Part shown: positions 62,901 to 64,000 of the stretch, piece by piece
Position numbering within the stretch: position 1 is the stretch's first letter
Layout of the letters: each line of letters opens with the position of its first letter
NCBI GenBank assembly: GCA_963824385.1
Contig: CAWGPD010000004.1
Location: forward strand, 384,001-448,000
DNA from: an uncultured Nitrososphaerota archaeon
Lineage (GTDB): Archaea > Thermoproteota > Nitrososphaeria > Nitrososphaerales > Nitrosopumilaceae
DNA: 64,000 bases
Direction of reading: 5' to 3'
Notes under the pieces: generated by a model
The model's input: only the letters and a program-made list of their open reading frames with translations
What the model was told of the DNA's origin: nothing
The model's database searches: none
Made by a program: the position numbers and the translations under genes

Positions 62901-63632
62901 ATGACGCGAGACAAATACAAGGATCTTGGAACCAGAACTGTGGAATTTTATGGTCATGGAATAAAGAATTTGCAAGACACTGAAATTAAGGGAAAATTGA
63001 TTGTTATTGAAGGTCCAGACGCATCAGGCCGTAGCACGCAGATCCAATCAATCACTACAAGATTGGAAGCAGATGGTCATGCAGTACTCAATACTGGCCT
63101 TAAAAGATTAGAACTTGTTGGCAAAGGAATATTGGAAGCAAAGGAAAATTACACATTGGGTAAGAAAACTCTAGCGTTATACTATGCCGCAGATTTTGCA
63201 GACCAATTTGAATACAAGATTATTCCCGCATTGCAAGCAGGATATATTGTCCTTGCAGACAGATACATCTACACACTCATAGCAAGAAATTTGGCAAGAG
63301 GTTTGGACAAAACTTGGTGTCACAATTTATACGGATTTGCAATCAAGCCAGACATTGTATTTTATTTAGATGTTGAACCATCAGTCTTGATACACAGAGT
63401 TTTCCAAAAGAATTCTACATTAGACTATTACGAATCAGGGGCAGACATGGGACTATCAAATGATATGTACGAATCATTTTTAATTTATCAAAAGAGAATA
63501 TCACAAGAGTTTCATTTGATGCAAAAAAGATATGGTCTTGTACCTATCAATGGCAACAGAACTATGCTCGAAATTCATAATGACTTACAGAAGAGAATAG
63601 ATAATTTTCTTCGTCGGGTTGGTCACAAATAA
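62901..63632 (+). CDS. Thymidylate-kinase-fold P-loop protein B with altered Walker A (candidate partner subunit)
   Basis: EGPDASGRST (K to R), LADRYIYT, KPD, YYESGAD. Confidence 0.8.
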   Translation: MTRDKYKDLGTRTVEFYGHGIKNLQDTEIKGKLIVIEGPDASGRSTQIQSITTRLEADGHAVLNTGLKRLELVGKGILEAKENYTLGKKTLALYYAADFADQFEYKIIPALQAGYIVLADRYIYTLIARNLARGLDKTWCHNLYGFAIKPDIVFYLDVEPSVLIHRVFQKNSTLDYYESGADMGLSNDMYESFLIYQKRISQEFHLMQKRYGLVPINGNRTMLEIHNDLQKRIDNFLRRVGHK

Positions 63633-63669
63633 ATAGAAAACTAACTTATTACACGTGCTCAAAAATTCC

Positions 63670-64000
63670 TTAAATTGGATCATGCGAAGATACTACATTT
63701 TTTACAGTATTTTCAGTTGTCTCATGAGATTTGACAAACTTGATCTCTGTTAGAGTAGCATACTCCGCTTTTCCTTTTGACATTGGAACTAGAATTTTTT
63801 TCAACTTTTTTAGATGTTCAGTTTTTTCATGTGTTTTCTTGGCATTTTTATCGGTAAAGGACATGATATGCACAAACGAGGAACTGTCATCAGCATCCTG
63901 AAACACTTTGTATTCAATTGTTCCCGGTTCATTCTTTTTTACTGCGTCTACATACTCGGACAGTGCATCTTTTGCTTTAGCAAGTTTTTTCTTTTTCACG
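63670..64000 (-). CDS. Antibiotic biosynthesis monooxygenase (ABM)-domain protein, 5' end beyond window
   Basis: NEPGTIEY.VFQ...FVH...F...A...H. Confidence 0.75.
   Translation of the reverse strand, partial: VKKKKLAKAKDALSEYVDAVKKNEPGTIEYKVFQDADDSSSFVHIMSFTDKNAKKTHEKTEHLKKLKKILVPMSKGKAEYATLTEIKFVKSHETTENTVKNVVSSHDPI

Noticed and set aside
1..64000. Transposases, integrases, proviral genes, CRISPR arrays, rRNA
   Set aside because: None recognisable in the window.

Overview
AT-rich archaeal chromosome segment. Gene content (archaeal r-proteins, TFB, Alba, SRP19/54, aroA'/aroB', MqnC, DnaJ-ferredoxin, PEFG-CTERM) points to an ammonia-oxidising thaumarchaeon (Nitrososphaerota; Nitrosotalea/Nitrosopumilales-like is my inference). 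Layout: (1) 1-9.5 kb accessory signalling/redox region ending at tRNA-Arg(GCG); (2) 9.7-49 kb core genes: menaquinone (futalosine) genes, complete archaeal shikimate/tyrosine cluster, thiamine, translation/secretion genes and an intron-containing tRNA-Tyr; (3) 49-64 kb phosphate island: two pstS, pstCAB-phoU, AbrB-PhoU regulator, DUF47-PiT, CHAD, Ppx, SixA and a tandem pair of thymidylate-kinase-like proteins. About 20 small indels split otherwise intact genes, including essential ones, so they are most likely sequencing errors. Best leads: the kinase pair as a candidate non-PPK1/PPK2 polyphosphate kinase; a recurring CTATATAG motif at promoters across the phosphate island; an unannotated C/D-box sRNA predicted to guide 2'-O-methylation of C34 of a CAU-anticodon tRNA; twin palindromic operators upstream of an Lrp-GAF/DUF4242-kinase pair; and several Zn-finger microproteins missed by the ORF track. 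All product calls come from motif recognition, not database searches.
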